DNA of 64,000 bases from Octopus sinensis (taxonomy: Eukaryota), in the NCBI RefSeq assembly GCF_006345805.1, contig NC_043019.1, forward strand, positions 23,187,360-23,251,359, given 5' to 3'. The notes under the pieces were generated by a model, which was not told where the DNA came from, did not search any database, and worked only from the letters and a program-made list of their open reading frames with translations. Made by a program: the position numbers and the translations under genes. Of the stretch, positions 25,935 to 39,458 are shown in pieces; position 1 is the first letter of the stretch; each line of letters begins with the position of its first letter.

Positions 25935-26283
25935 AAGTAGAGAACACATGAAAGATCTAGACATGAAAAATTCATAGATAGTAAGCAATGACATAGAAGA
26001 GTAGAGAGTAAGGAAAAATGGAAATAAAGTTCACAGTTCTCTTTTCAGAAGGTATGGATGTTAGTCCATATGTCCTTAGGTAAAATCCAAGGCAAATCCA
26101 GGCAGTATTGTGGCAAAGTATGAGTAGTGTGTTCACATCATTAATATCCAGGCAATATTTTGGCAGAAATGGGAATGGTGTATTTATATTGAGATGGCTG
26201 GCTTGTGAGAGAATGACCATAAAAGTGGCTACTGAGCAAAGTGGAGGGAGAAAGAGAAAGAAAGGGAAAGAGAAGCTAATGAG

Positions 26284-26319
<36 letters not shown>

Positions 26320-26352
26320 TGGGATAGCCTGTGGGGATAGAGAGAGGATGGA

Positions 26353-26735
26353 TGGAAGCACTCCATCGGTTACGATGACGAGGGTTCCGGTTGATCCGAA
26401 TCAACGGAACAGCCTGCTCGTGAAATTAATGTGTAAGTGGCTGAGCACTCCACAGACACGTGTACCCTTAACGTAGTTCTCGGGGATATTCAGCGTGACA
26501 CAGAGAGTGACAAGGCCGGCCCTTTGAAATACAGGTACAACAGAAACAGGAAGTAAGAGTGGGAGAAAGTTGTGGTGAAAGAGTACAGCAGGGACCACCA
26601 CCATCCCCTGCCGGAGCCTCGTGGAGCTTTAGGTGTTTTCGCTCAATAAACACTCACAATGCCCGGTCTCGGAATCGAAACCGCGATCCTATGACAGCGA
26701 GTCCGCTGCCCTAACCACTGGGCCATTGCGCCTCC
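26353..26735 (-). mobile_element. tRNA-derived SINE (OR-type), tail type A, inverted relative to 9669 copy
   Basis: Reverse complement aligns end to end with 9669-10039 with scattered substitutions. Confidence 0.87.
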
Positions 26736-27039
26736 ACAGAGAGAGGAGGAAGGTAAGTGAAAGGGTAGTTATGTTATTATCATTGTAGCAATTATTACAA
26801 TTGTAAATTTTGGTTGTTTTTATTTATCTTAGGTTTATGAGAAAACTTAGTATTAGTTTGATTTAAAATGATCTTAGGCTTATTATCATTATCAATTCCT
26901 TGTTTATATGTATTTGGGTTACTAATTAGGTGTTTATTTTTAATTATATTACTATTTATGATGGGATTAAAAAGCTTACTAGTTATATTTTTTGGCTTGT
27001 AATTAGTTATGTTATCTTTATTAATGCTGTTAGGTTGAC

Positions 27040-27250
27040 TGTATTTTATTTTATCTCTATATCCAGCATTTGCTAGAGCTATATCATAGAGGTTTGTATG
27101 TCTATTAAATATTTCTTCATTAGAAGATAAATAGGCTAGTCTTTTACTAATGTTAGAAGCTAATGCATTTTTAATTGCTTTGGGATGATTGCTTTAGAAG
27201 TTAATATAGCTTAAATTTGAATCAGGTTTTCTGAAAGGTTCATGTAATCT
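27040..27250 (-). mobile_element. Penelope-like element RT C-terminal fragment
   Basis: HEPFRKPDSNLSYINF*SNHPKAIKNALASNISKRLAYLSSNEEIFNRHTNLYDIALANAGYRDKIKY matches PLE RT motif PYRKP...YIN..SNHP...I..RIS..SS. One in-frame stop. Confidence 0.8.
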
Positions 27251-27632
27251 AGTTGATTGTTAGTTATTATTCAGGCAGTAATTATTAATTAAATTTAACT
27301 GATCTAAAAGGATCTATATCACTTTCTTCTTAGAGGTAATGGCTGATAAAAATTGTAAACATATTTACGTGTGTGCATGTATGTGTACATTTGTATGCAT
27401 GTGTTTATATGTATATGTGTGTGTGTGTGTATGTATCTGTGTGTGTGTGTGTATGTATCTGTGTGTGTGTTTCCATGTGAATATCTATAAATATATATGT
27501 GCGTGTGTGAGAGTGTGAGTATGTATGTTATATATGTACACAGAAATGTTTATACCTATGTGAATACTGATCAATGCATTTATGCATATGTATGTGCATA
27601 AGTGTAAATATAAGTATGTGCGATGATATTTT

Positions 27633-27859
27633 GTGTATATATGATGATATATATACAGCAACATGCAGTAAGATAGGCAAGCCATTGTATAAAAAAACTA
27701 CTAGGATAGCCTATGGTGTGTCAGGAGAAAGAGTTCAATTCTTGAGCTGTGTATATATGATGATATGTATACAGCAACATGGAGTAAGATAGGCAGCCAT
27801 TGTATAAAAAAACTACTAGGATAGCCCATGGTGTGTCAGGGGAAAGAGTTCAATTCTTG
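27633..27859. repeat. Tandem duplication, ~115-bp unit x2
   Basis: tgtgtatatatgatgatat...gagttcaattcttg occurs twice. Confidence 0.9.
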
Positions 27860-29022
27860 GGCGAAATTTCACCAGAAATAAAACTTAAAAACAGGATGCA
27901 GAAATGTAAATTAATGGTATCTAAGAATACAATGAATCTGTTCAGGACAGATTTAATGGAAGGATTCGACCTGCGGGATCTATCACTGAATACATTATGT
28001 AACAAGGTGAATGCGTCACAGTTCGTGTCAGAGAAAGCATCAGAAAAAATGAAATTAAAATTGAAAAAGATATACCCTGATATTCTTTCAAAAGAGCTCG
28101 GTATACTCTTTTACTTGTTTCAGTCATTTGATTGCGGCTATGCTGGAGTACCGCCTTTAGTCGAGCAAATCGACCCCGGAACTTATTCTATCGGTCTCTT
28201 TTGCCGAACCGCTAAGTGACGGGGATGTAAACACACCAGCATTGGTTGTCAAGCAATGCTAGAGGGACAAACACAGACACACAAACATACACACACACAT
28301 ACATATATATATACATATATACGACAGGCTTCTTTCAGTTTCCGTCTACCAAATCCACTCACAAGGCTTTGGTCGGCCCGAGGCTATAGCAGAAGACACT
28401 TGCCCAAGATGTCACGCAGTGCGACTGAACCCGGAACCATGTGGTTGGTTTGCAAGCTACTTACCACACAGCCACTCCTGCGCCTATATGTGTAAAAAAA
28501 TTAAAGTAAAGTTTGAGTTGAAATAAAAGGTGGTGCCGGTGTTCAAACCGAAAAGGAATGTACCTTTTGCGGAGTTAAATCAAGTTGAGATGGAATTAAA
28601 AAGATTGGAAGACATGGAGGTAATTGAAAAAGAAAACTACTCTGAGTGGGCGGCTCCTACGGTATATATAGAAAAGAAGAACGAGGTAAGAGTATGTGCG
28701 GACTCCTCAACTGGTCTTAATGATTGTCTAAAAAATTACAATTATCCGCTTCCAAACCCAGAAGAAATATTTGCTAAGTGCAATGGTGGGGAAATTTTTC
28801 CAAGCTGGATTTGTCAGAGGCCTACCTCCAATTACTGGAAGATGAAGAATGTGCTAAAGTATAAACAATCAATACTCATAAAGGTCTGTACAGTTTCAAA
28901 AGACTGTCATTTGGGGTAAAGGTTGCACCAGCAGTATTTCAGCAAGTGATGGATACTATGCTAGCAGATTGTGAGTTCGCGGTCCCATACTTGGATGACA
29001 TATTGATCAAAAGTGAATCAAG
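27860..29022 (+). mobile_element. Ty3/Gypsy pol fragment (protease-RT linker through YLDD), interrupted by a SINE
   Basis: NLFRTD...YPDILSKELG|SINE|LCVKKIKVKFELK..VPVFKPKRNVPF...SEWAAPTV..RVCAD..YPLPNPEEIFAK..SKLDLSEAYLQ..FGVKVAPAVFQQVMD..PYLDDILI. Confidence 0.9.
28105..28484 (-). mobile_element. OK-type SINE inserted in Gypsy pol
   Basis: Splits the Gypsy frame between ...SKELG and LCVKK... Confidence 0.87.
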
Positions 29023-29656
29023 GGATCTTTTCCTTTTCAACGGCAGATGTCAACACAATTTCTAGTTAACTAAGCACTTTTAAACTTCGTATACTGGTAG
29101 AATGTGTTTATAAAACATCATTTTCTCTTGGTTTTATTGAGAAAATTCTATAGTTTGTAAGATATTTCGTCTGAAAATCCGAGCATTTCGGCAATTTTAA
29201 CCAATCGATTACCTCTATTCAACTAAAATCATTTGCTGCGTCTAAAACTGAGACAACATCCTGTAACTAACCCTAAACCTCCCCCCTAACCCTAAATTTT
29301 TTTTTCTTAATTGTTAAATTAATTTAATTCCATTGCTTTAGTTTTTTTACATGTGTAACAATTAAATTAATTTAACAATTAAGAAAAAAAAATTTAGGGT
29401 TAGGGTTAGGAGGAAGGTTTAGAGTTAGTTACAGGATGTTGTCTCAGTTTTAGACGCAGCAAATGATTTTAGCTCAAAAGAGAGCATAGGATTGGTTAAA
29501 ATTCGAAAAATTAAACTACATTAAACAAACAAATTACAATTTTCTCAAGAAAGCCAAGAGAAAAAAATGTGTTATTTTGACACATTCCACCAGTATACGA
29601 AGTTTTAAAGTGCTTAGTTAACTAGAAATTGTCTGCCGTTCAAAAGGAAAAGATCC
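29023..29656. mobile_element. Fold-back MITE, GGATCTTTTCC TIRs, 8-bp TSD gaatcaag
   Basis: TIR ggatcttttccttttcaacggcaga / tctgccgttcaaaaggaaaagatcc. TSD at 29015-22 and 29657-64. Internally palindromic, with TAACCC/TTAGGG motifs. Confidence 0.9.
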
Positions 29657-29789
29657 GAATCAAGGGTACTTGAACCAGAGACAAGCAGTTGGGAAGCAAG
29701 CTTAAGGCCACTTCAGGATCATGACCACCACTCAAATTGTGGAGTCAGGCAAGTCTGGCTTGCCCATATAACAAGCAAACAGGTACCAT

Positions 29790-30085
29790 CCTCACACTCA
29801 CACATAATCTCTCTCCATCCAGGTTTCATCATTCCTTTCTAGCCATATTCAATGACTGGCTCTCTCTCAACAATTGCCTGGATTTCTTTCAAGATGACAT
29901 TTGCTTGATGATGATCGGTGCCAACTGATGGTAGCCACTGTCTTGGCCAGGTCCCAATAAAACCTCTATATCCAATTCCTATAGGAAAGAGTGCTGCATG
30001 TGCTCCAACCAGCATCTTTGCAGTCTTGTAATAACATCGCATAAGGCTCATCTTTCCTAACCTGAGCAGCATCTTTATTGTTTTC
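29790..30085 (-). mobile_element. HERO-like RLE LINE 3' end, degenerate
   Basis: VPHENN...RK...Y..L..DC...GW, then IG.RGFIG...WL..VG, as in the HERO/R2-like C-terminus. Confidence 0.55.
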
Positions 30086-30298
30086 ATGTGGAACAGTTAA
30101 TTAAACAAGTTAAACACCAAAAATATGTCACCTAGGCGCAGGAGTGGCTGTGTGGTAAGTAGCTTGCTAACCAACCACATGGTTCTGGGTTCAGTCCCAC
30201 TGCGTGGCACCTCGGGCAAGTGTCTTCTGCTATAGCCCGGGCCGACCAATGCCTTGTGAGTGGATTTGGTAGACAGAAACTGAAAGAAGCCTGTCGTA

Positions 30299-30357
<59 letters not shown>

Positions 30358-31872
30358 GTTTGTGTGTCTGTGTTTGTCCCCCCAGCATTGCTTGACAACC
30401 GATGCTGGTGTGTTTACGTCCCCGTGACTGAAACAAGTAAAAGAGTAAGAGTAATGAAATATGAAAAAAACAATTAAAATAAACGATTTTATGAATGTTT
30501 AATTAAATAAGCAGTAGAGAGGAGGCGTAATAAAAGATTGCTGGGGAAAGTGCAAGGAATAGGTGGGTGGGAGGAGATGTTAAAATATTAAATGTTTTGA
30601 ACAAAAAATTATTTCCCAGAAGGAAACATCCGTCCAACTCCTTGACGTTCCAAAAGTCTGCTGATCAGAGTTTGGAGACAGATCAAATACTAAAAAAATT
30701 ACTGATTTATCTGTGGAGCAGTAAAAATTTTGTCTGGGAGTCCCCCGTCAGTCTAATAACCAATCATTGCTCTATGTGGTCATTGCCTGCCTAAAGTAGG
30801 AACCAAATATCCTTCAAATAACACCCTACATCATCAAAAAATAAAAGCAGTAAACACTGAATAAATCTAGTGCTTGATATAGAATGTAGTATTTCTGAAC
30901 ATGAAATAATCATCAGTGTTGGTTATGGTTGGAACGTCTTTGACGATCGATTTGTCTGATCAGGGCTAAACAAAATAACAACAGCTACAAGAAATACGAC
31001 GTGGGTGTTTTTAAGTAGACGATTGATCTGCCAGAGAGAGCAGCCAAACCCATCCCTGTTGTCACAAATGAGAAAAAAGACCACATTGAACAAAACAGTT
31101 CTAGATATAATAAGAACCGAGAAAAAGAAAAGTAAAAAAGAGGTGAGGTTAGGGAGGCATGGCTGTAACACCCTTTACTTGTTTTATTATGTATTTTCAT
31201 TTATATATTATACAAAAGAAGACCGGAAGAGTTGGGAAATTAACCGTGGTGACTGAGTTCATTAAAAGCAAAGGTCGGTAAAGTGCGCAATATTGAACCC
31301 CAGTGGGAAAGGTCTGTGTGGCTATCCAATAGATCGATAAACACTCGGAATAATTTTAAGCATTAAGGGTACTGAATTATTTAACAAACAGAATCAAGAA
31401 GATAGTGGGTAATTTAACTAATTTCCACCCAATTATCGATACAACAATAATTAGTTTTCACCAAATATTTCACATTAAATATTCCAACTTTTATTGTTCT
31501 TTATCAATTTCGTCAAATATTTTCAGTAAATTTCTTTAAATATTTATTAATTATATTTCTTTACTACCCACAAGGGGCTAAACACAGAGGGGACAAACAA
31601 GGACAGACAAACGGATTAAGTCGATTACATCGACCCCATTGCGTAACTGGTACTTAATTTATCGACCCCGAAAGGATGAAAGGCAAAGTCGGATACAAAA
31701 GAACAAAGGAATTAATGTTTTTAAATAAAGGAATTTTTTTATTAATTATACTTTTTCATTTTATTTTAGAAATTTACTTGATGGGGATCGAGACCTGAGA
31801 TGAAACAAAAGCGGGGGGGGGGATCAAGTTATAGTAAAATAATAATTAATAAATTGTAAGTTAGGCACTCAC

Positions 31873-32093
31873 TTGTAGAAGTTCGCCTCAATAGCGTTCA
31901 GAATGGCAAGCCGTGTGTTGGCAGTGAACAGGTAACATTTGAGCACACAGTCACTACAGAAGCCGGCGGATTCCTGATTCGAAGAAACCGATGTCTTAGA
32001 AGGGATTGTGTTGACTGTAGTGGATTCATCAATGGGTGGTTTCTCTGAAGGCGTCTCGGTTGACTCCGTTTGCTGGCTATCAACAGGACCCAT
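31873..32093 (-). CDS. Patched-related gene coding exon 1 (MGPVDSQQ...AIEANFY-K)
   Basis: ATG at 32093. Donor AA|GTGAGT at 31872, phase 2, completed by the first A of exon 2 (AAA=Lys). Low-complexity N-tail, then the helix preceding TM1. Confidence 0.8.
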
Positions 32094-34867
32094 TGATAAC
32101 GATGCCAGTCAGATGACGATAAAGCCCACGGACAGATGAACGTGAATAAATAAAGATGCAGTTTTTGTTTTTTTGTTTTTTTTTCCTCCTACTACTTTAT
32201 GAGGTCAAAGGGGAAAGAAAATAATCAAATAGAAGGAAATGAAACAAAATAACAAGAAAGTACGAGGATAAAATAAAAAAAAAAAACAACAGATTGATAA
32301 ATAAATAAAATACAGGGGGATTTGAAGATAGAAACCCGCGCTGATGTTGGACCAATAACTTGGTAATATTTAGTTGTTGGTTCAGCTGTTTAGTACAGCG
32401 TAGTGTCCTTTCTGAATGTCCTGAACTTTACTTGTCTTGCTAGTTTCATTTCATCGCTTTCTAATGGTGTGGAGGAGAGAGAAAAAGAAGGATCCCTTGC
32501 TCCGTTGCAGTTTAAGAGTGATTTTGGTGCTTTTCAAGATCGCTTTGGTCCTTTGTTTCTTTGAGGGAGGATCACATAGATCTTTCGCGGTTGTTCGGCC
32601 CTCCAAAGAGAGAAGAGGAGGTTCCTTGTTAGTTTGGGTTTTTGTTTTCTTTCGGTCGCTCTCGCAGAAACTATTTCATTGCTTTTGTCGGACACACCTA
32701 GGAGAATGAATAAGACAACGATGGTGAGGGTAACAAAGGTGATGCTTTTTATGGCGACTGTTAAAGCAATGGATGGTGAAACGTTTTTGGAGATGAAAAA
32801 AAGTTTGCTTGGCACTGAAAACTCTATCTATCTATTCATCTATCTATCTATCAATTAATCTCTCTTGTTCTCTTTTCTTTTCCATTGTCTGAGGTTTCGC
32901 GTCCGTACCACCGTCCCTCAACTTGACGTTTTTCTTAATGTTTGTTAAGGGCGATGTGATGTACTTTTTACGTTTACACACGAAGGCAAACTATAGCTCT
33001 AACAAACACACGTATTTGTTTGTGTGTGTGTAAAAGCTTTGTATAGAGGTTTTCCGTATTTTAAACCCGGTGTACTTTTCGTTTTACTTCTTACGTAAGT
33101 ACATGTCTATTGTACGTGTACGTTTATGTCAAGGTGTGTGTGGATGTATGTATGTATGACTAAAGCTATGTGTGGGTTTAAAAATACGCTCTTCCTTAGT
33201 GTGTTCTGGCGCTGTGTCTTTGTACTCGTGTCCGTCCCGTCTTTCGTTGATTTTTTGCTGTATTTTTTTTTCTTCGTGAATCCCCTTTGTCACACACCAA
33301 AAAAAAAAAAAAGGAAAATCATCAATGTCGACGACAAGAAACCGACAACATATCTCCCTCACTCACTCTTCTCTCTCTCTCTCTCACACGCACACACAAA
33401 CACAATCAATCTGTCACATTCGCACACTCCCTCTCTCACGCTCTCGCTCGTTCATTCTCTCCGTTTCTCGCCCCTCTCTCTCTATCTATCTGTCTATCTA
33501 CATCATATTAAAAACAAAACTTGTCCAATATCCCTCCCCCCCTCTCTCTCTCTCTATTATCCCTTCTTCTCATTATTCTTCATGCTGTAACTGCCTTTCT
33601 CTAACCGGTTCCCGTCTTCCTTCTTCCTCCACCATCACATCCTACAGGTGGTTTACGGACTCTCCTCCTCCTCTCCCCCTTTCGTTATTGTCACACTCTT
33701 TTTCCTGTTGTTGACTCCGCCCACACTTCATGTACGTCACTATTTCTTCTCTTTCTCTCCCCGCCCGTCACTTTCTCACCTATCTCTTCCCTCTACTCGC
33801 TATTATATCCTTTTACGTTTCTATCCCTCCTCCCCTCTTCTATAACTTTCATCTCTTTTTCTTTTCTCTCTCGTCTGCTATCACGTTTTATCGTCTTGCA
33901 AAAGAACACACCCGAGACATATTGCATGCATGCATGCATGCATACATACATACATACATACATACATACATACATACATACATACATACATACATACATA
34001 CAAGAGAATACTTAGGCTGAACTATTGAGAAATCTGCAGTTACTCTTTTACTTGTTTCAGTCATTTGACTGCGGCCATGCTGGAGCACCGCATTTAATCG
34101 AGCAACTCAACCCCGGGACTTATTCTTTTGTAAGCCCAGTACTTATTCTATCGGTCTCTTTTGCCGAACCGCTAAGTAACGGGGACATAAACACACCAGC
34201 ATCGGTTGTCAAGCAATGCTAGAGGGACAAACACAGACACACAAACACACACACATACACACACACATATATATATATATATACATATATACGACGGGCT
34301 TCTTTCAGTTTTCCGCCTGCCAAATCCACTCACAAGGCTTTGGTTGGCCCGAGGCTATAGTAGAAGACACTTGCCCAAGGTGCTACGCAGTGGGACTGAA
34401 CCCGGAACCATGTGGTTGGTAGACAAACTACTTACCACACAGCCACTCCTGCGCCATTCTATCCAGATTACAAGTTCAGATTTATAGCTGGAATTATTGG
34501 GACCCTGAGATGTCTAACACACTGCCTAAATACCAATCTTGAGAAATTATGCTTCTCAAAACCAGAAATCAGAAAGATAATTCGAAGATTATAGATCCAA
34601 TCCATCACTGGATCTGTAAAAATTCTGTAAAACTTTCCAGAAGTTTATCATTTAAATAAATATATGTGAGCATGTCTAGATATGCAACTATATGCATGAG
34701 AATACTTACATACATACATACATGAATTTCTGCCATTTGGGTTTCCTGGTATCTGAGCTAGTTAGCAATCAGCTCCTTTTGCTATCATTCCGAGGGCACC
34801 TATGACAACAGGTATTGTTTTAGTCTTCAGGTTCCATATTTTTATTATTATTATTATTATCATTATT

Positions 34868-34911
<44 letters not shown>

Positions 34912-36659
34912 TATTATTATTATTAATATTATTATTATTATTATTATTATAATTATTATTATTATTATTATCATCATCATTATTATCATCATCATCATCA
35001 TCAAAGCAACGAGCTGGTAGAATTGTTGATGTACCAGGTAAAATGCTTAACGGTATTTGCCTTTCATCCTTTCGGGGTCGATAAATTAAGTACCAGTAAC
35101 GCACTGGGGGTCGATGTAATTGACTTAATACCTATGTCTGTCCTTGTTTGTCTCTTCTATGCTTAGCCCCTTGTGGGTAATAAAGAAATAGGCATTTCAT
35201 CCAACTTTATATTCTGAGTTCAAATGCTGCTGGGGTCGACTTTGCCTTTCATCCTTTTGGGGTCAATAAAATAAGTACCAATGAGTCACTGCGGTCAATA
35301 TAAGTGATTAGTTACCTCCCCCAAGATTTCAGGCCTTGTGGCCTTTAATAGAAAGGATCATCATCATCGTCATCATCATTATTGTTTGCTTTTCTGTCTG
35401 TAGCAAATGAAACATGTATAATGGTGAATAAATAATACCAAAAGCATTTTCTAACTTCTTGTTTTGTTATATGAAAACTCTATAAACAATATTTCCAGAA
35501 TTTTAAACTCTAATGTGTAGCTCACATCAATACAACAACATCAACTACATACTGGATTATAATATATATACATATATGTATGTGTATATATATCATGTGA
35601 TCACGTGACCGACCAGACCATCAGATGTTTTACACATTGCTGGTCACAATGCGTTCACATAGTTTTAGCCTTCAAATGGCGCCACCCTGCTGGCTAAGCG
35701 AGCAGGCCAACAGAAGAAAGAGTGGTGAAAGAGCACAGCAGGGATCACCACCTCCTGCCGGAGCCTCGTGGAGCTTTTAGGTGTTTTCGCTCAATAAACA
35801 CTCACAACGCCCGGTCTGGGAATCGAAACTGCGATCCTATGACCGCGAGTCCGCTGCCCTAACCACTGGGCCATTGCGCCTCCACATCATCATCATCATC
35901 ATCATCGTTTAACGTCCGCTTTCCATGCTAGCATGGGTTGGACGGTTCAACTGGGGTCTGGGGAGCCCGAAGGCTGCACCAGGCCAGTCAGATCTGGCAG
36001 TGTTTCTACAGCTGGATGCCCTTCCTAACGCCAACCACTCCGAGAGTGTAGTGGGTGATTTTATGTGCCACTGACACAGGTGCCAGACGAGGCTGGCAAA
36101 CGGCCACGCTCGGATGGTGTTTTTTATGTGCCACCGACACAGGTGCCAGACGATGCTGGCAGACGGCCACGCTCGGATGGTGTTTTTTATGTGCCACCAA
36201 CACAGGTGCCAGATGAGGCTGTGTATATATATATACATATATATATCTTTTATTTGTTTTCAGTCATTAGGCTGCTGCCATGCTGGGGTACTGCCTTGAA
36301 AAACTTTTAGTCAAATGAATTGACCCCAGTACTTATTTTTTTAAAGCCTGGTACTTATTCTATCAGTCTCTTTTGCTGAACTTCTAAGTTAGGGGCATGT
36401 AAACACACCAACACCGGTTGTCAAACAGTGGTGGAGAACATCAAATACAGGAACATACACACACATATATATATATGACAGGCTTTTTCAGTTTCCATCA
36501 GCCAAATTTACTTCCAACACTTTGGTTGGCCTGACGCCATAGAACGAGAAACATGCCCAAGGTGTCATCAGGCTCTTACTCCCGGATTTTACTATTTTTT
36601 TTCATGTAAAATGTATCACTTCACTTTCCTGGAGGCTTTCTGACAAGTCCCCACTTATT

Positions 36660-37155
36660 AGAAAGTGAAACGTCCTATGTTACACGACGCAAACAGTGAA
36701 GTTTGGTGTGGGGTAAGATTCTGATGCTTTGGGGATACATGAAAAGTGATGGTTCAAGATAGTTGGTTGAAACTGATGGTAACTTGAATAGTGCCAAATA
36801 CTTTCAGTTACTGAAAGACAGTTTGATACCAGACTTGGTCGAAGGCAAGATTTTTCAGCATGACAGAGCTCCATGATACAAATCGCATATGACACAACAG
36901 AGTTTGGCTGATGGTGTCACCATTTTGAAAGATTGGTCAGTTCAGAGCCCTCACTTAAATATCATCGAGCAAATGTGGACAGAACTAAAGAGAAGAGTTT
37001 GTCAGAAGAATCCACGCAATCTTGAAGAGTTGTGGGAACTCAGCCACAGAGAATGGCATCTCATACCTGTGAAAATAGCAAAGGATTTGTATGCATCTCT
37101 TCCCAGGTGCACTGAAGCAATTATTCAAGCTAAGGGAAGCCACACAAAATATTAA
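36660..37155 (+). mobile_element. Tc1-family DDE transposase 3' fragment (pseudogene)
   Basis: TVKFG.G..MLWG, IFQHD..P, QSPHLNIIEQMWTELKRRV and AKGSHTKY* motifs. Confidence 0.88.
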
Positions 37156-38679
37156 ACAATTTACAGTAACTTCTTGATATGAACATTATGTAATAAATTT
37201 TCATTGTAGACATTTTTCTGTTTTAAACTACTGTATCTTGACTTGTTTATGTGAGGTGGCTGAAAACTTTTGTATGGCCATTTTTGGTAGTTGTCTCACA
37301 TCTTCCCTTCTCATTCAGAACTCCTTCTACAAAATAAGTATTAGGTATGGAAGTGACTCCAACAGGGCCAATGTTTCATCCGTAAAAAACGCAGTGCAAA
37401 ACATTCATTTATAAGTTGGCAATTAGAAGAAATTTACAACAGTTTAAAGTGGCCGAAAACTTTTGCATAGTACTTTATATAAGTATATAATATATATTAT
37501 GTGTGAAGGCATATGGCTCAGTGGTAAGAGCGTCGAGCTTACGATCATGAGGTTGTGAGTTTGATTCCTGGACCAGGCTGCATGTTGTGTTCTTGAGCAA
37601 GACACTTAATTTCACATTGCTCCAGTTAACTCAGCTGTAGAAATGAGTTCCGACATCATTGGTGCCAAGCTGTATCGGCTTTTGCCTTTCCCTTGGATAA
37701 CATCAGTGGTGTGGAGAAGGGAGGCTGGTATGCATGGGCGACTGCTGGCCTTCCATAAACAACCTTGCCCAGACTTGTGCCTCGGAGGATAACTTTCTAG
37801 GTGCAATCCTATGGTCATTCATGACCGAAGGGGGTCTCCTCATATATTATGTATACATACATACATACATACATATATAAATACATACATACATACATAC
37901 ATACATACATACATACATACATACATACATACATACATACATACATACACACACACATACATACATACATACATAAATACACACATACATACCATTATGT
38001 GGGACCACAAAGAAGAGATATGTTCTGTTGTGGAAAACAACTGCCCCTTGGACACAAATATGGTCAGTACAATACAAGAGAAGAAAGACATTTATGACCA
38101 TTACTCTTTACTGTCTTTTACTTGTTTCAGTCATTTAACTGTGGCCATGCTGGAGCAACGCCTTTAGTTGAGCAAATCGACCCCAGGACTTATTCTTTGT
38201 AAGCCTAGTACTTATTCTATTGGTCTCTTTTGCCGAACCACTAAGTTACAGGGACATAAACACACCAGCATCGGTTGTCAAGCGACGTTGGGGGTGGACA
38301 AACACAGACACACAAACGAAATCCACTCACAAGGCTTTGATCAGCCTTAAGATGCCACACAGTTGGACTGAACACGGAATCATGTGGTGAGGAAGAAGCT
38401 TCTTATCACTCTACACCTAGTTAAAATATGGAGGTAGAATATAAATGAAATCATTTTAAATACAGTATGAAATCTATAGATACCTTTATTATTAAGACGA
38501 CCAAAAAATCGATCTGCACATTTTCATTTGTGGTATGACACATTGGAAACCTCTCTTCCTTCTCCGCATCCTTTTCTGTGGCAATACGAGTCCGGATTAG
38601 TCCAGATTTGGACAATATCAATGTCCAAAACTGTCCTTCTGGGCTTTGCAGAGCAAGGGCCTGAAACACATTATATTTA

Positions 38680-38697
38680 TAAATACATATATCATAT

Positions 38698-38744
<47 letters not shown>

Positions 38745-38826
38745 TATATATATATATATATTATATATATATATGTATGTATATATATATATATATATAA
38801 TATATAATATATATATATGTATATGT

Positions 38827-38857
<31 letters not shown>

Positions 38858-38867
38858 ATATATATAT

Positions 38868-38898
<31 letters not shown>

Positions 38899-38937
38899 TA
38901 TATATATATATATATGTATATGTATATATATATATAG

Positions 38938-38998
<61 letters not shown>

Positions 38999-39060
38999 TA
39001 TATATATATTATATATATATATATATTATATATATATATATGTATATATATATATTTAAT
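38680..39060. repeat. Imperfect (TA)n microsatellite block
   Basis: Directly visible. Similar blocks: (TA)n at 3400-3880 and 42600-42740; (TAGA)n 51660-51960; (TATG)n 59190-59520; (ATT/ATC)n 34840-35000 and 62430-62640. Confidence 0.97.
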
Positions 39061-39275
39061 GTAGGATAAAATTTTTCAATGGCCAGCATATTAAAAAATA
39101 CCTCCAAAGGTTAAAATTATAAACAACTTATAAATAAGGGCAAATGAAAATATTTCTAATGCCAAATATGCCAAAAATTGGACATATTGTCCATTTACCA
39201 TATAATTTTTTTCCTAGTACGCACGCTACTCGAAAAAGGTTGATAGAAATCTCTAAAAAAATTCCATTATTACCA

Positions 39276-39329
39276 TATCAGACCGATTTCAGGGTTAGTT
39301 CAAAAAGAACCCTCCCTTCGTCAGTGATA
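39276..39329 (-). ncRNA. Type I hammerhead ribozyme motif, canonical core
   Basis: TATCA-CTGACGA-AGGG(AGGGTTC-TTTTT-GAACTAA)CCCT-GAAA-TCG-GTC^TGATA. Stem I 5 bp, stem II 4+4 bp, GUC triplet, cut after 39281. Confidence 0.78.
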
Positions 39330-39458
39330 CATGTGGCAAAGAAGTAAATGAGATACTTACTCATACCCATGGAAGAAGCAAACACTAAGTCATGAGCACA
39401 ACTAAGTACCCCAAATAAATCCAAAATAGAAATACTCCAGCCCATTCAGGACACGTGC

